Below are positions 27,501 through 39,027 of a stretch of DNA of 64,000 bases, in pieces. The notes beneath the pieces were generated by a model. It was not told the origin of the DNA and searched no databases. It saw nothing but the letters and a program-made list of their open reading frames with translations. This DNA comes from Zancudomyces culisetae HAW-14-8 (taxonomy: Eukaryota; Fungi; Kickxellomycota), in assembly GCA_052426225.1 (NCBI GenBank), contig JBNJNM010000015.1:1364001-1428000 (forward strand), given 5' to 3'. Both the position numbers and the translations under genes were made by a program. Position 1 is the stretch's first letter. Each line of letters starts with the position of its first letter.

Positions 27501-30500
27501 AGTTGTTTGTTTAAATAACAACTCAAAGTACTGAATCACCTTGACCAGCCGTTTGTTTACTACTTTGGGCAACTGAATTCGTAACCCATGAGCTTTTACT
27601 TGAACCATCTTGGTAACAAGCTTTACATACATGTTTTGTTGATATTCAATATATATATAAAACATGTTATCCAAAAGATATCGCGTTTCAAGTTCACTCA
27701 GCTCTAAAATATCAATATTTCCAATACTCGTCTGAATAATAAATATCAGTTGCTCTCGGTAATGATTATAAAACAGCAATTCACGTGCTTGCACCACAAA
27801 CTCTACCAAATTCCAGCTTTTTGGCTCACTCGAAGCATACTGTTCCTCTCTTTCCTGATTTCTTTTGAATTCATGTCGCTTCACTGCCTCACTTACCATC
27901 ATAACTATCTTTTCAAATTCATTATTTTCACTGCTAAACTCGCTAATCAGCAGTTTTATAATTTTCATCCCATACTTGCTAATTTCCAAATTCTTGGTAT
28001 CCCCAGTTGTACATAATCCCAAAATCAATAACTGTTGTATACAATTATTATTACTATTACTATCGTGTACCTGCTGACAGTTTATACACAAGTATTTGTA
28101 TATACAACGTAGTATTGCCTTTTTAACATTCAAATTGTCTCTGCTCGCTCCGTTTATCTGATAAAATCGATTTATCACCTTTAATACATTGAGTTGAGTT
28201 TTTCCAACACTCATAAACTTGACTAACAAGTCCTCCATATTTTCATTTGTATTTGGACTAATGTTTAGTGAAAATACACTTGTTGCCAAACTTGTAGAAT
28301 TATCAAGTATCGAGTTTGCTGACTGTTGTTGCTGTGATTGTTGTTGTTGTTGTTGTAGTGGTGGTGGTGGCATTTTTTGAATTTCATCTACCAAACACTT
28401 AATCGCTCCAATAGTAGATTCACATAGCGTCACTATAACTCGGCTAGACGAAATATAGTCATCCCTGTTGTTAAAACTGGTAGCATTGAGCTTATCGCTA
28501 TCGACACTATTTATCCACGACTCAAACATCTTGTACAATCCCATTGTGTATTTCTTTTGATTAGTAAGATTGGGTGTTTTCAGCTTGGATAACACTTTGA
28601 CCATTTCGCAAAACTCTATTGCGATTTGTATCAACTCAAAATCATTACAGTTACCAGATGTTAGATTTGTAGCTATCGTCTTTGTTGTGTCCGTTGTTGA
28701 CGTTGGAGTTGATGTTAATGATGATGCCGTTGCTGGCATTGTTGAAATTGGCGACGCTGTTGTTATGATTGCTGGTGCCGTTGATGTCGCTGTTATTGGT
28801 GGTGGTGTAGATGTTGATGTTGACAATGGTATAGATGCCCCCACTACCACACCCATCCCCATTCCCATTCCCATCCCCATTCCTATTCCCGCTGCTGTTG
28901 CTGCTGCTGTTGTTGTTGTTGTCGTTGAAGTGATGGATGATGTTGATAATGCTGTCGTCTTTCTCTTTTTAAACGTTGGATAGTTGCTGATTGCTTTACA
29001 AACCATTTTATTAATTTCATTCATATATATATATACTTCCCTGGTAAAAACTGATATATTATTCAACATATTCAACTGTTCATTACTAATCTTTGAGTTA
29101 ATCGACTCTACCAGTTTTTGCGCCACAAGCCTGTATATTATAAGCAATGATGTATTTAACTTTACCATTTTTCTGCTATTTAACTTCAAAAACAATGTAC
29201 TGTTAAGTGTGGTTGATGAATTGATATTAGTTGACCCAAGAACCACGTTATCTTCAAGTTTTGATAATGTAGAACTATTGTTTTTACCAGAATATAGTTG
29301 AGATTTAGTATTGTTTTTGAATCCAGATGATTTCATTGTTGATAAATTATTGTTCATATTACTATTGTGATGATGATGATGATGATGATGACGATTATTG
29401 TGATTGTGATTGTGATTGTGATTGTGATGATGGTGGTGGTGATGGTGGCTAGATTGCGTGGAATTCAATATAGGTGCAGAAGTTGGAGGTTGGAAAAGTT
29501 GAGATTCTAAAGGAACCGGTACTGGAGATGATAATGATGGATTTTGAGTAGAGTTTGAAGAATCATTTGGAAATATTGTTGTTGTAATCAAAGGTGAGGG
29601 TAAATGTAATGACATTGGAACTGGTTGTTGATTTTTTTGTTGTCCAATAGTATTAGTATTAGTATTAGTATTAGCTGTAGTAGTACTAGTTGCTGCTGTA
29701 GTTGCTGCTGTAGTAGTAGTAGTTGTTGTTGTTGTGGATAGTACTGGTTGTGTATAAGAATAAAAGTGTGTATAAGAATCAGAACGAGGCTGAATACTAC
29801 TTGGCGATTTAAAATTCGGATTGAAATACGAGTCTGAAAATGAAAGTGAATGAGAAATCGAATTGAAACTGTCATCTGGAGCTTGATCAATTTCAAAGCT
29901 CTTGGAAATAATACTATTATTACTTATATTACCAAAAACTGTTGCTGCTGCTGTTGTTGTTGTATTTGCTGTTGTTGAATCTGTAGGGTGTGCACTAGTT
30001 GCTGATAGTTGCTCCAATAAAAAAATCATTTGATCTTCTATGTGAACATTCAGAAAGTTGATTATCATCATCAGATTCTCTACATCTAAATTACATAATA
30101 CTCCGATAATTTGATCCCGAATAAACATATTTTCACAACTTAGGTATGGAACTAGCAGCTTGACTATCATGTCAAGTGATGAATACCCAACATTACTTTC
30201 CGACTGCTTTTCATTTTTACTTGTTGTTTTGAGTGGCGCTACAAACCTTTTGGCCCATGATTTTGCAAACATTAATGAAGATACTGTAGATCGATTAATA
30301 TTTACTGTTCCTTCACTCGTTTTGTTTGCCGTATTACTACTACTATTGCTATTATTACTATTACTATTACTATTATTGTTATTACTATTACTATTATTGA
30401 TGCTATTATTGATGCTACTACTATTTTTATTCCCGCTGCTGTCATTCTCATTATTCATATTTTGATATTCATTACTCATCGACATTAACGAATTTCGTCC

Positions 30501-33500
30501 ATAAATCCGCTCTCTAAATGTCAACACAGCGAGAGAATACCCCAAATAAGTCACAAACTGATCGACCAATCCTCCTCTACTCGCTCTATCATTCCTACTT
30601 TCTATCTCTTTTGATTGAATACTCTGCTCCTCACTCAATACATTAATCAGTGTCTGCATTTGAAATATTCCTCTACACACTATCTTGTTTGTCTTTTGCA
30701 ACACTCTGATATTTCTACTCATCAATATATTCCTCAACATTCCAAAATATTCCTTAAACCATATCGCTGTATACTCTGGTTTATAAGCCACCTGTAATAA
30801 ACTGCTATAACTTTTTTGCTTTTCTTCATAAATCGGGACTTGGTAGTCCGCCATAAAACTAACACTGGAAATTTTGCCTTTATCTTTAATTACCAGTTTT
30901 TCAATCTTTCCAGTTACATCAAGAAATACAACCATCAAATATCTCACCACATAATACTGATTGCAAAGCATCAGCAGTCCAAGCGCATCCAGCCTATCAA
31001 TCAACATTTGCCACTCCCCGCTCGGAACTTTATCATATCCACTGTCTCCATTTCCGTCCTCTTGAAAAGACTGCAATTCATAATAAAGTCTGATTAGTTG
31101 TTCAACCAAGAAATTCAACAGCCCTAACTTCAATCCTCGTCGCTCCTGATCAACAAATACACCCGTATACTCATTTCCTTGTTGTACAAACGTTATATCT
31201 CTGTTTGCGCTCTTCGACTGTATAACATCGCTATCATTTAACAATGCAATCTTATCCAAAACTATTGGTTCTAATTTTGTCTCATTGGTTACATACTTCT
31301 CAATCACATTCTGCTCATCTTCTGCATGGTTATATATTCCACTTGTCAAATAATCAAAATTCTGTACGTTCATACATTGTACCAACCGTATCAACGTAAC
31401 TATAGACTTGTAAGCTGTAAAAATACTATCCTTACAACTCGTCGTAATCTTAAACAGTGCATATCTACAACTTTGTGCATATCTCAAATCCATATGCATC
31501 ACTCCAACTGACAATATTTCTACCATTGAATTCGTCGCTGTAATTGCCCCAATTTCCCGCATTTTGGGAATTGAATATACAAAAAGCGTCATCAAATCCA
31601 TATATTTCTGGTTAATACACAAATATATTCGTTGATTGATTCGAATATTTTCTATCTTTGATGTTTCTCCAGCTTGTATATTTCCATCGCCTTCTGTTTG
31701 TTCCAGATATTCCACTTGTCTCAAACTTGCAAAATTACTTGCTCCATGTCCAATACTTACTTGTGTGTTTTTCCCACCACTTCCAATTCCAATTCCACTC
31801 CCTCTTCCTCCTTCTCCGCCTCCACCACCTCCTTCTTCCTCTTTTTTGAGTTTATCTGCTTCATTTCCCATCATTTCCATCTTGTTTGCTTGTATATTTC
31901 TCCCCCTTGTTATCTCATTGTAATTATTGTTATTGCTATTACCACTATTACCACTATTACCAGTACCAGAACTACTACCACTACCACTACCGCCACTACT
32001 ATTATTAATGCTGTTGTTATGATTACTCACACTTGTACAGTATTTATTTAGCCCAAATGTTCCTCTCTGCCTGACATAATGTGGATTTAGCTCTGTAAAT
32101 GTCAATGGACTATGGCTCACTATCACTTCTAAATTCGGTGTTGTACCCTTTGACGCACTCCATGTAACTTGATCTACTAGCAAAAAATCTCCAAACACTG
32201 CCTGTAACTTTTCATACAATCGATACAGCGCCATACTCGTTTCTCGCAAGCTTGTATACACATTTTCCGCCAACAGTTCTTTTTGGATTCTATTTATATC
32301 TTGCAATGCACCCTCACTCCCAATAACTGAATAATGCTTTAATATCTCATTGACTTTTGGTCCGTCAAAGTAATCGTCCGTATATCCTACACTACTATAC
32401 CCTAAAAATCTTGGAACTCGAAGCTTATCCTTATTTCCTGTTCCTAAAAAGCTTGATGCTATTGACACCATCCGCGATATATCATCCTTATTGCTCATAA
32501 TGTTCCCCGCTCCATTATATTTTCCATTGCAATTCAAAACTGCTATTTCCAACAGCGATCGGTATGCTATCCCTATCTTTTTGGGATAAAACGTATACAA
32601 ATTCAACTCGTAATTACTACTCCCATCAACACTATTGTGGCTCCTCAACTTTTTAAGCTCGCTTTCTATTGTGTCCAGTTGTAACATTTGTCTCAAGCAA
32701 TTCTTCATCGTATGGCTGAAATTATACGTTCCACTACACACCAAAAAATACACAAAAAACGCATTATCCACATTTTTGGGATATGGCTTTGATTTTCCTC
32801 CTGGAAAAAATGTCTTGATTAGCGTATCAAATCGCTTTAATACCATACTCTGCGAATCTGGATACCTAAACATATACAACCACATGTTCCTACATATCGA
32901 ATCCATCGCCGCCACCGAAAATGTCTTATCCTTCAACCGATAAAGACTCTGCTCAAAATATCCCTGCCATTTTATGTGAAACATATCCCCTTTGCTCAAA
33001 CTTAAGCATGCCGAAACTAACGGATACGCTGTGTTTATGTGCCGTACCCGACTTGCCATCTTCATTGCCTTGGCAAATATCATTTCTAATGCCTGTGATA
33101 ATGAAAATATATTCACCTCTGCTCCCACAACTGCCCCTAACGGAAGAAGCAACTCTGTAAGTGTAACTGCCCAGGCCTGCTTAACCCGCATACTCCCGCT
33201 AGTTTTTGCAAAAAACTTTGCACAACTTGATAGAAATTGCACACTTTCCTCTAGCGCCTCCATAGGATGCAACACCACTTTAAGATATCGCATACTCCTA
33301 ATAAGCATCACCGCCTTTTCCTCGTTTGCCTTATTAATTGTTGAAAACTGCTCCAACTCTGCTATGAACCTATCGCTTATTGATGAAAATCGAATCGTTG
33401 ATATTTCTCCTGCAAGCTGTGTATAATAATCGTGTATTGCCCTTTTACTCTTGTCACTTGTCATATTCTTCAAATTACTGTTTTTTATCTGGTTGAATAC

Positions 33501-34574
33501 TATCTCTTCTATCTTGCTACCCAAATCTCCATTTCTCCGCTGTCTATTCTCCTTTTTAAGTATTTCCACAATTATATTACATACCAAATATGTCAGCGTC
33601 AGTGCAATATTTTCCCGTTTACCCCTCAGTGAAAATTCTTCTTGAATCAGTGACTTTCTCCAATTCAACAACATTTCTATCACATGCTGTGCATTTTGAT
33701 CTATTAAAATCCCAAACCCTTCCTTAATTTTATCTATTTGCGCATCCCTACCGTTACTCATATACTTTTCCAACACAAAGTCGTTTTCTATTTTACTTTG
33801 TCTTATTTCCCTCAATATTTCGTTTACTATAGCCTTGAACTCTTTAAACAACCCTTCCAGTAAACACTCTGCTCCCTCTTCACACTCTATCTTGTGACTA
33901 CTGATAGATGAGTTTGATTGCTTCCCCGAAAACCCTCGAATTTCACCAAAGCTATCGGCTTTTCTAAATCTCAAATTGTTCCAGTCATCGCTCTTGCTAT
34001 CTCTATACCTAACACTATCGTTTCTGGCTATCCTCTTGGTCATTGGTTTAATTTCTAATTCCCCCTCGACCGCACAACTTCCTGTCGATAAATTCGGTTT
34101 TTTCACAACCTTAATAACCCCAAGGCTTTCATTAATATTAGAAAGGCGCGTTTTTTCTGTTTCTGGAGTTTCTCTAATCTTCCCCAAATCAATCGTGCTC
34201 GTTTTGTTTGATGCTTTTTCCGAATCGCTTTTTTTGCTTAAAACATCCTCTGCCATGTTTTTCACCCTTCGGCTATATTTTTGTGCCTCCATCATTGAAT
34301 AATTGGCAAATGGTGATACTATATTTTCATAGTCTTTTACTCTTTTCGCCTTATTCGCGTCTATTTTACAACTAAATGTGCTATTTCCCCCTTCACTACT
34401 TTTCCCTTCTGAGGCTTTCTTTGTTTGTCCAGCGCTCATTTCTTCTTTATTCTTTGGTAGCAATGAGGAATTTATCCTGGAAATATCCAGACTGCTACTA
34501 CCGGTTTCGCCTGTGGAATCTTGAACTGGCTCGGCGCTTTCGGTTGACATTTCATTATCCAATGCTTTTTTCAT
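24594..34574 (-). CDS. TAO3: Tao3/Mor2/Furry (RAM/MOR network) cell-morphogenesis scaffold, 3326 aa
   Basis: MOR2-PAG1 N-terminal signature RFSSISDRFIAELE…IRSMRYLKVVLHPMEALEES…VKQAWAVTLTELLLP; C-terminal WIQSSITWACCCS…LIDRLSNIV; many low-complexity insertions. Confidence 0.88.
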   Translation of the reverse strand: MKKALDNEMSTESAEPVQDSTGETGSSSLDISRINSSLLPKNKEEMSAGQTKKASEGKSSEGGNSTFSCKIDANKAKRVKDYENIVSPFANYSMMEAQKYSRRVKNMAEDVLSKKSDSEKASNKTSTIDLGKIRETPETEKTRLSNINESLGVIKVVKKPNLSTGSCAVEGELEIKPMTKRIARNDSVRYRDSKSDDWNNLRFRKADSFGEIRGFSGKQSNSSISSHKIECEEGAECLLEGLFKEFKAIVNEILREIRQSKIENDFVLEKYMSNGRDAQIDKIKEGFGILIDQNAQHVIEMLLNWRKSLIQEEFSLRGKRENIALTLTYLVCNIIVEILKKENRQRRNGDLGSKIEEIVFNQIKNSNLKNMTSDKSKRAIHDYYTQLAGEISTIRFSSISDRFIAELEQFSTINKANEEKAVMLIRSMRYLKVVLHPMEALEESVQFLSSCAKFFAKTSGSMRVKQAWAVTLTELLLPLGAVVGAEVNIFSLSQALEMIFAKAMKMASRVRHINTAYPLVSACLSLSKGDMFHIKWQGYFEQSLYRLKDKTFSVAAMDSICRNMWLYMFRYPDSQSMVLKRFDTLIKTFFPGGKSKPYPKNVDNAFFVYFLVCSGTYNFSHTMKNCLRQMLQLDTIESELKKLRSHNSVDGSSNYELNLYTFYPKKIGIAYRSLLEIAVLNCNGKYNGAGNIMSNKDDISRMVSIASSFLGTGNKDKLRVPRFLGYSSVGYTDDYFDGPKVNEILKHYSVIGSEGALQDINRIQKELLAENVYTSLRETSMALYRLYEKLQAVFGDFLLVDQVTWSASKGTTPNLEVIVSHSPLTFTELNPHYVRQRGTFGLNKYCTSVSNHNNSINNSSGGSGSGSSSGTGNSGNSGNSNNNNYNEITRGRNIQANKMEMMGNEADKLKKEEEGGGGGGEGGRGSGIGIGSGGKNTQVSIGHGASNFASLRQVEYLEQTEGDGNIQAGETSKIENIRINQRIYLCINQKYMDLMTLFVYSIPKMREIGAITATNSMVEILSVGVMHMDLRYAQSCRYALFKITTSCKDSIFTAYKSIVTLIRLVQCMNVQNFDYLTSGIYNHAEDEQNVIEKYVTNETKLEPIVLDKIALLNDSDVIQSKSANRDITFVQQGNEYTGVFVDQERRGLKLGLLNFLVEQLIRLYYELQSFQEDGNGDSGYDKVPSGEWQMLIDRLDALGLLMLCNQYYVVRYLMVVFLDVTGKIEKLVIKDKGKISSVSFMADYQVPIYEEKQKSYSSLLQVAYKPEYTAIWFKEYFGMLRNILMSRNIRVLQKTNKIVCRGIFQMQTLINVLSEEQSIQSKEIESRNDRASRGGLVDQFVTYLGYSLAVLTFRERIYGRNSLMSMSNEYQNMNNENDSSGNKNSSSINNSINNSNSNNNNSNSNSNNSNSSSNTANKTSEGTVNINRSTVSSLMFAKSWAKRFVAPLKTTSKNEKQSESNVGYSSLDMIVKLLVPYLSCENMFIRDQIIGVLCNLDVENLMMIINFLNVHIEDQMIFLLEQLSATSAHPTDSTTANTTTTAAATVFGNISNNSIISKSFEIDQAPDDSFNSISHSLSFSDSYFNPNFKSPSSIQPRSDSYTHFYSYTQPVLSTTTTTTTTTAATTAATSTTTANTNTNTNTIGQQKNQQPVPMSLHLPSPLITTTIFPNDSSNSTQNPSLSSPVPVPLESQLFQPPTSAPILNSTQSSHHHHHHHHNHNHNHNHNNRHHHHHHHHNSNMNNNLSTMKSSGFKNNTKSQLYSGKNNSSTLSKLEDNVVLGSTNINSSTTLNSTLFLKLNSRKMVKLNTSLLIIYRLVAQKLVESINSKISNEQLNMLNNISVFTREVYIYMNEINKMVCKAISNYPTFKKRKTTALSTSSITSTTTTTTAAATAAGIGMGMGMGMGMGVVVGASIPLSTSTSTPPPITATSTAPAIITTASPISTMPATASSLTSTPTSTTDTTKTIATNLTSGNCNDFELIQIAIEFCEMVKVLSKLKTPNLTNQKKYTMGLYKMFESWINSVDSDKLNATSFNNRDDYISSSRVIVTLCESTIGAIKCLVDEIQKMPPPPLQQQQQQSQQQQSANSILDNSTSLATSVFSLNISPNTNENMEDLLVKFMSVGKTQLNVLKVINRFYQINGASRDNLNVKKAILRCIYKYLCINCQQVHDSNSNNNCIQQLLILGLCTTGDTKNLEISKYGMKIIKLLISEFSSENNEFEKIVMMVSEAVKRHEFKRNQEREEQYASSEPKSWNLVEFVVQARELLFYNHYREQLIFIIQTSIGNIDILELSELETRYLLDNMFYIYIEYQQNMYVKLVTKMVQVKAHGLRIQLPKVVNKRLVKVIQYFELLFKQTTSYNLLLIINQILNQISAQYCENGQNISGVLSWVLNNITSSGLIVVATSPKSPTTLSALSPFRQSNSNPNTNPNSNPNSNLNSNTNPNSLSDSNSNSNSNCKSKSKSKSNQNAYFQAIRNKIQNLIGIKSDAMYCQSGYMLWAAYSLFIGCSKQSVVTTSVVVDIIQVSFPFTIISGNLQTYILLCSGRIIDYILTTFCNYSTFLINSSHQLQPHLVQLQLQQNNKQINDVVELLSSHFGMEELWIQSSITWACCCSLKPLSLANFKILNILLSIYNYYQIFDPALLASKKHIATPVLMNNSELVINLIDRLSNIVNDSDLCFEILTTLQKLTDHMSFPNIGILNCCIVTLSSRNHLIVSKSLDILKQIFGFHPSNVFSISQLSKPYSYSKSSQSSVENVIVYYSDLFEMLIKCLLSSDASIVASTTELTNLVIDSLASCLSSFPTIIQSNQNQYINDDKLTDFFDSVSYFILELLTLKPVGLQTTFPSIQNLSQLVSLKSMSRLANGIATLIESKKNAMNLFEYNKIYMSTVFKNLPTSTLQFQLFRILLLTWPDYCDNYHLLSMITSYYYKKLSSCFYSRSDSTTSGNSNSNDGSTSRPMTTLETENCECDGLLNVCKNSTSLHTCCVFYHCNPIRKMLKYSFCSVNSVNFSRDLKLLELVTTKLTTIKMSDLQKQKNRQKTFIPSESYIALSSTTIDENSNNNSNKNSSHEINNSNNGNNDGSSSSSGIGSGGYEKACNHDCNCNRACNCNKNSDSNLSWDIDNALDSITFYECDDSIIYKYASTKLVGLTMALLQSFSKSTHPDEVNPTTNETPGHHDNITVNTTTTTNTANTIDAVTTSTSTSTSKSTSTSTSTDTDTDTDTGANTKDTNIDLNTVSAPQNIDNIQSGNTKTNTTSTDEYYYGQPSHYTGSDNIVLKTNTNAHSNNNSNSDSSIETSNINKKNNFKFDLLVDELCILDSFLEQL

Positions 34575-35610
34575 TTTTCTACAGACATTGATGGGTTTAT
34601 ATTGGTTCTAAAAACTGATAATGCCCTTTTTGGTTTTTGGTTTCTGGTTGCAAAATTTGTTAGGTGTAAGAATTGGTTTAAAAGAAATATGGTTGAATAT
34701 TGTTCCTTATTGTGCTTTATTTAACGGAAAAATACAATTCCATTCATTTTATCAATTTGTGTGTGTAAAATTAATCAGCACAATTGTTTTGGCTTTTTGT
34801 CCCTTATTTTTTTTGTAATATATAACTGCTTTTATTTTCTATTTTCTATTTTTTTGCTTTTTGGTTCAGTTTACTTTCTTTTTCCATTCACTATCGAACG
34901 CATATAAGATTGTAGAGAAAAATTAGTAAAATAAAAATTAGTAACACACTCACAATTCTTGGCCAAACTACTAATCCTCTTGATAACAAAGGCAAACAAG
35001 GTAGTTCAAACTCCTTTATACTTTATACTTTGTGCTTTTTTTTTGAAAAAATGCAGTGATGTAAATGCACATGTTCAAGTTTATTACTACAATATCCACT
35101 AAGTTGAAATGGCTAAAAAGACCTTGAGACTCCTCCCTTTCCCCTCCTCGGAGCATCAAGTCCATTTATAATCTTTTACTTGTAAAAATTCTGCTTATAT
35201 GTTTTAGCTGTATTTCTTTTTTGCTTATTTTGTTATGCATTTTCATATGTTTTACCTTTTTAGAATATTTAGATATGAAAACATATGACTATATTATCAC
35301 TAACACAACAATACAAAGTTAACGTGATGTAACAGAGAAACACCATGGGAAAAAATGGATACATAATATTCACCAATGCTTCACCCAATTTTATGCTTGG
35401 AAATGCTAAAACCCTCACACACATGAAAATGTGATTCATTCAGGTTACATACCCTTTTTTTTTGAAACTAACACCAAATATATTCAATTAAATATTATTA
35501 ATATCATACAAAAGATATGTAGCTAGCCATACAGTTACAAGGTTACTTTTCTAAAAATAAAAAAATGAATAGATGTAAAGTGGCAGAGTGAGAGAGAAAG
35601 CCAAAAAAAA

Positions 35611-35634
35611 CCTAAACCTAAACCTAAACCTAAA
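35611..35634. repeat. (CCTAAA)4 short tandem repeat
   Basis: Four perfect copies visible. Confidence 0.85.
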
Positions 35635-36640
35635 CACAGACAAGACATAGATATAGACATAAACATAAACGAAAACGGAAGCAAAAGCCTGGTTTTACTT
35701 TCTTGCTCTTTCCACCATGTATGAATATTTCTGGTACAGTTTAGTACACATTAAACTTTTTTTTTATCAAAGCCAAGTCGAGTTATTGGTTAAAAATCTA
35801 TAATATTTCACTATACTCTCACATCCTCACCCTTCTTTATACTCCTCCTCCTTTTGATTCTACTAGCTATTGATATCCAAATGGTTATATATAGCTCCCG
35901 CTTCTATCCATCACACCTTCACTTTCTTTCATTTCCTCCCTTTCTCCTCTCCTTCGTCCAAGCGATTGGTAGTTTATGTAATCTTAGTTTGATAATGGTA
36001 TAATTAATCAAACCATGCATGTTTTTACTCTTTTCTTTTCTGATTTTGTTTGGTTAGCAAAAAGATAGTGGAAAAAAAAAAAGCAATCAGGAAAGATAAA
36101 GGGGTGTGTGACTTTTTACTAATTTTTTCCCTCGGCTCTCTCAAGGTTAAAAGCAAAAGAAAAAAGACATTATATTCTATTTTTGATTCTTGATTTTTGT
36201 GTTAACTGGAAGCGATGTGTTATTTTTTGTAGTACTTTGACTAAAAAGATCAACAAAAAGGGAAATGAAGTATGAGGTGTGAGGTGTGAATGCGTAAATG
36301 AGCGAGGGAAAGAGGTGATATAGGAGGGAGAAATAACATCTATTACTTCAAATGTACTTTAGAGTGGGATGTTTTTGAAAATTGGCAATTGTTTATACAT
36401 AAATGCAATTTGGATTCACAAACTCAAAAATCATGCAAATAACAAATTATTGTATTCTGATTTGATGATTTGATTGAGCATCTCTGAAAGGTGAGATGCT
36501 ACTTTCTTTTATCATTCCGTAATTATCTTTAATGCTCCTATGCTCTTTTAAACCGGCAATCTATTGAGATATCCACAAAAAGACAAAAAAAAAAACTAAC
36601 AATAAAACCAGAAAAAACATTAAACGATAAGAAAATATTA

Positions 36641-37210
36641 ATGAAAATGAGCTTTAAAAAGATTGCCATACATAAAGAAAAACTAGCCTTTAGCTTGAAT
36701 ACCAGATGCTATAGTTTACTGTCAAGTCCTACAACTAGATACAACACCTACAACAAATTACAACAAGTCACAGCCAGCCGCCTCGTTCTGGCAAAAAATA
36801 ATAATAATGCTATTAATGGTAGCACAGTAATACTGAAGAGCGGCTTTGCTAGCTCAGCAGGACTTGGAAATAAAAGCGAAAATAATGCAGAAGAGGGAGA
36901 GGAAGATTTGGACCACAAAAGAAGGAGATTGGTTTGGCAGACCAGAAGAAGGGGAATCTTGGAATCCGATCTACTATTGTCGTCTTTTGCTGCCCAACAC
37001 ATATACAAATTTAATTCTGAGGAGGTGGACTTGTTTGCAGAGTTTGTGAATGGAAATAATGACTGGGACATTTACTACTGGGTTGTGGGATCCAAAGTTC
37101 CACCACAGGATATTGCTACAAACCCCGTCTTTTTGAAAATGGTTGAGTATTTTAAGAACAATAAGGCGCTAAAGTCAATGCCAAATACTGAAGAGATTGT
37201 TAAGGAATAA
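36641..37210 (+). CDS. SDH5: Succinate dehydrogenase assembly factor 2 (flavinylation factor), mitochondrial
   Basis: RRRLVWQTRRRGILESDLLLSSFA and NDWDIYYW signature; basic presequence-like N-terminus. Confidence 0.93.
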   Translation: MKMSFKKIAIHKEKLAFSLNTRCYSLLSSPTTRYNTYNKLQQVTASRLVLAKNNNNAINGSTVILKSGFASSAGLGNKSENNAEEGEEDLDHKRRRLVWQTRRRGILESDLLLSSFAAQHIYKFNSEEVDLFAEFVNGNNDWDIYYWVVGSKVPPQDIATNPVFLKMVEYFKNNKALKSMPNTEEIVKE

Positions 37211-37448
37211 TACTTCTGAATGCGCGTAGGAGTAAAAAGGAGTAAAGTGGAAACCTTTTTTTTCCATATTCCTATGTTTTTTTTTTCGCACTACTTTGTT
37301 TAGTATATGTTAAACTTTGTGGTATATTATATATAAAGACAAGAGCACAAAAAATAAACCTCTTATAGAAGTGTAGATATCAGCAGACAAAGCTAAAAAT
37401 AAGTTTATTGATGTCCAGAGAGTGGTACATATATAAAAATATAAACAA

Positions 37449-39027
37449 TTATAAAGACAAAGACACCGAATCTATAACCCGAGGAGTAATGCTGATAACC
37501 ATATTTCCTCGATGAATTATTTCCTCAGGTCCGACATAACCCAACACCTGCTCAAGCTCTTTGCTATGCAAGCCTCTGATCCTGTTGATTTCGTGACTAG
37601 AATAATTGACGAGACCGCGGCCAATTTCATATTCAGAGCCATCAGTGTGTTTATAAACGAGTTTAACTGCTTGTGCAGACTCAAAATCGTCTGATATAGA
37701 ACTTATTCCAGCGGCGAAAAGTGATTTTTTGTTTTTGGCAACGGCAATAAAAGCACCAAAATCGACATAGAGAGTTCCAGTACATCGCATACCATGCATA
37801 ATCCACCATTTTTTGTCACGCATTCGGCTGATACAAGGAATAAACCTGGTACACATCACATCCTTGGGCGGAGCGTTTTTGTCATGGAGGTGAGCTGGGT
37901 CAGAAAAGTAATCAATAATATCGAGAATCCGGCGTGGCTTTGTGCTATTGGTAATGATGGTACATACACCAGCGGCCATTGCTAGTTCAGCAGCGATCAG
38001 TTTGGTTGCCATTCCACCTGTCCCAACAGCAGATCCAGCCGAACTGGCATCAACCGACCCAACAAGCTTACCCATATCGTCAACTACATACACTGGCTTT
38101 GCGTTTGGATCATTACGTGGATTGTTGGTGTACAGAAAATCTACGTCTGTAAGCAAAAATAGAAAATCGGCCCGTATCATTCCCGCCGTAATTGCACTTA
38201 ATGTATCGTTGTCTCCAAATCTAATCTCTCCCAAACTAACAGTGTCGTTTTCATTGACTATTGGAATCACCCCCATTTCTAAAAGCGACATGAATGTATT
38301 GTATGCGTTCACGTACTGCGAATGGTTTGACAGATTACTCCTAGTCAGCAGAACCTGTGCTATTGGCTGGTCAATTTGACTGAACATGGTATCATACAAC
38401 GCCATTAGTCTACCCTGGCCTACCGCTGCTACTGCCTATTATTTATTTGGTTTTATCCTGTTTCAAGCTTATAAGTTATGTATTACAAGTAATAAAAAAA
38501 TATTAAAAAAAAAGAGATAATAGTACCTGAATATGGTCGAGTCTTTTTGGTTTTACAGGAATATTCAATCTTCGTAGCCCAATACCTACTGCTCCACTAG
38601 ATACCAGTACTACCTGATGTCCCTGCTCTTTCAACTTTATGATGGTTTCTACCACAGCATACAAAATAGAAAATAGTGGAACGTGTGTAACTGGATCACA
38701 AATAGAGCTTGTGCCCAACTTTATAACGATGGTTTTTCCTTTGTTTGCAGTCGGACTACTGGATTTGTTTTTGGTGCTACCTCTTGAAAAGTTAGCGTTA
38801 TATTGTTGTGCGTGAGTAGTACCACCACTGCCCGTCGATGGTACATGCATGGAAGATTTCGACCGTTTGCCTTCCAGCATACTTACTCCTTTTTGGGGTT
38901 GTTTGCTCTCGCTACTAAAGTTCTCGGAATTATCTGCTCCTAAGTTTTTGTTTCGGGATTCGACACTTAACTGGTCAAGAGAATGTGTAGTCGCATCATA
39001 GTTGCTCATGTCCTTTTCTTTACTCAT
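37449..39027 (-). CDS. PRO1: Glutamate 5-kinase with PUA domain; exons 39027-38527, 38435-37449
   Basis: IVIKLGTSS, VSSGAVG, QAVAAVGQGRLM across the intron, PIVNENDT, FGDNDTLSA, GTGGMATKL, RGLVNYSS. Confidence 0.94.

Noticed and set aside
25124-34591. Many short ORFs overlapping TAO3 (likewise NUM1, IRE1, forkhead, NMA111)
   Set aside because: Antisense or alternate-frame by-products of low-complexity coding DNA, with no recognisable domains.
35611-35634. (CCTAAA)4 as an interstitial telomere
   Set aside because: Only four copies, embedded among other drifting hexamer repeats, with genes on both sides.
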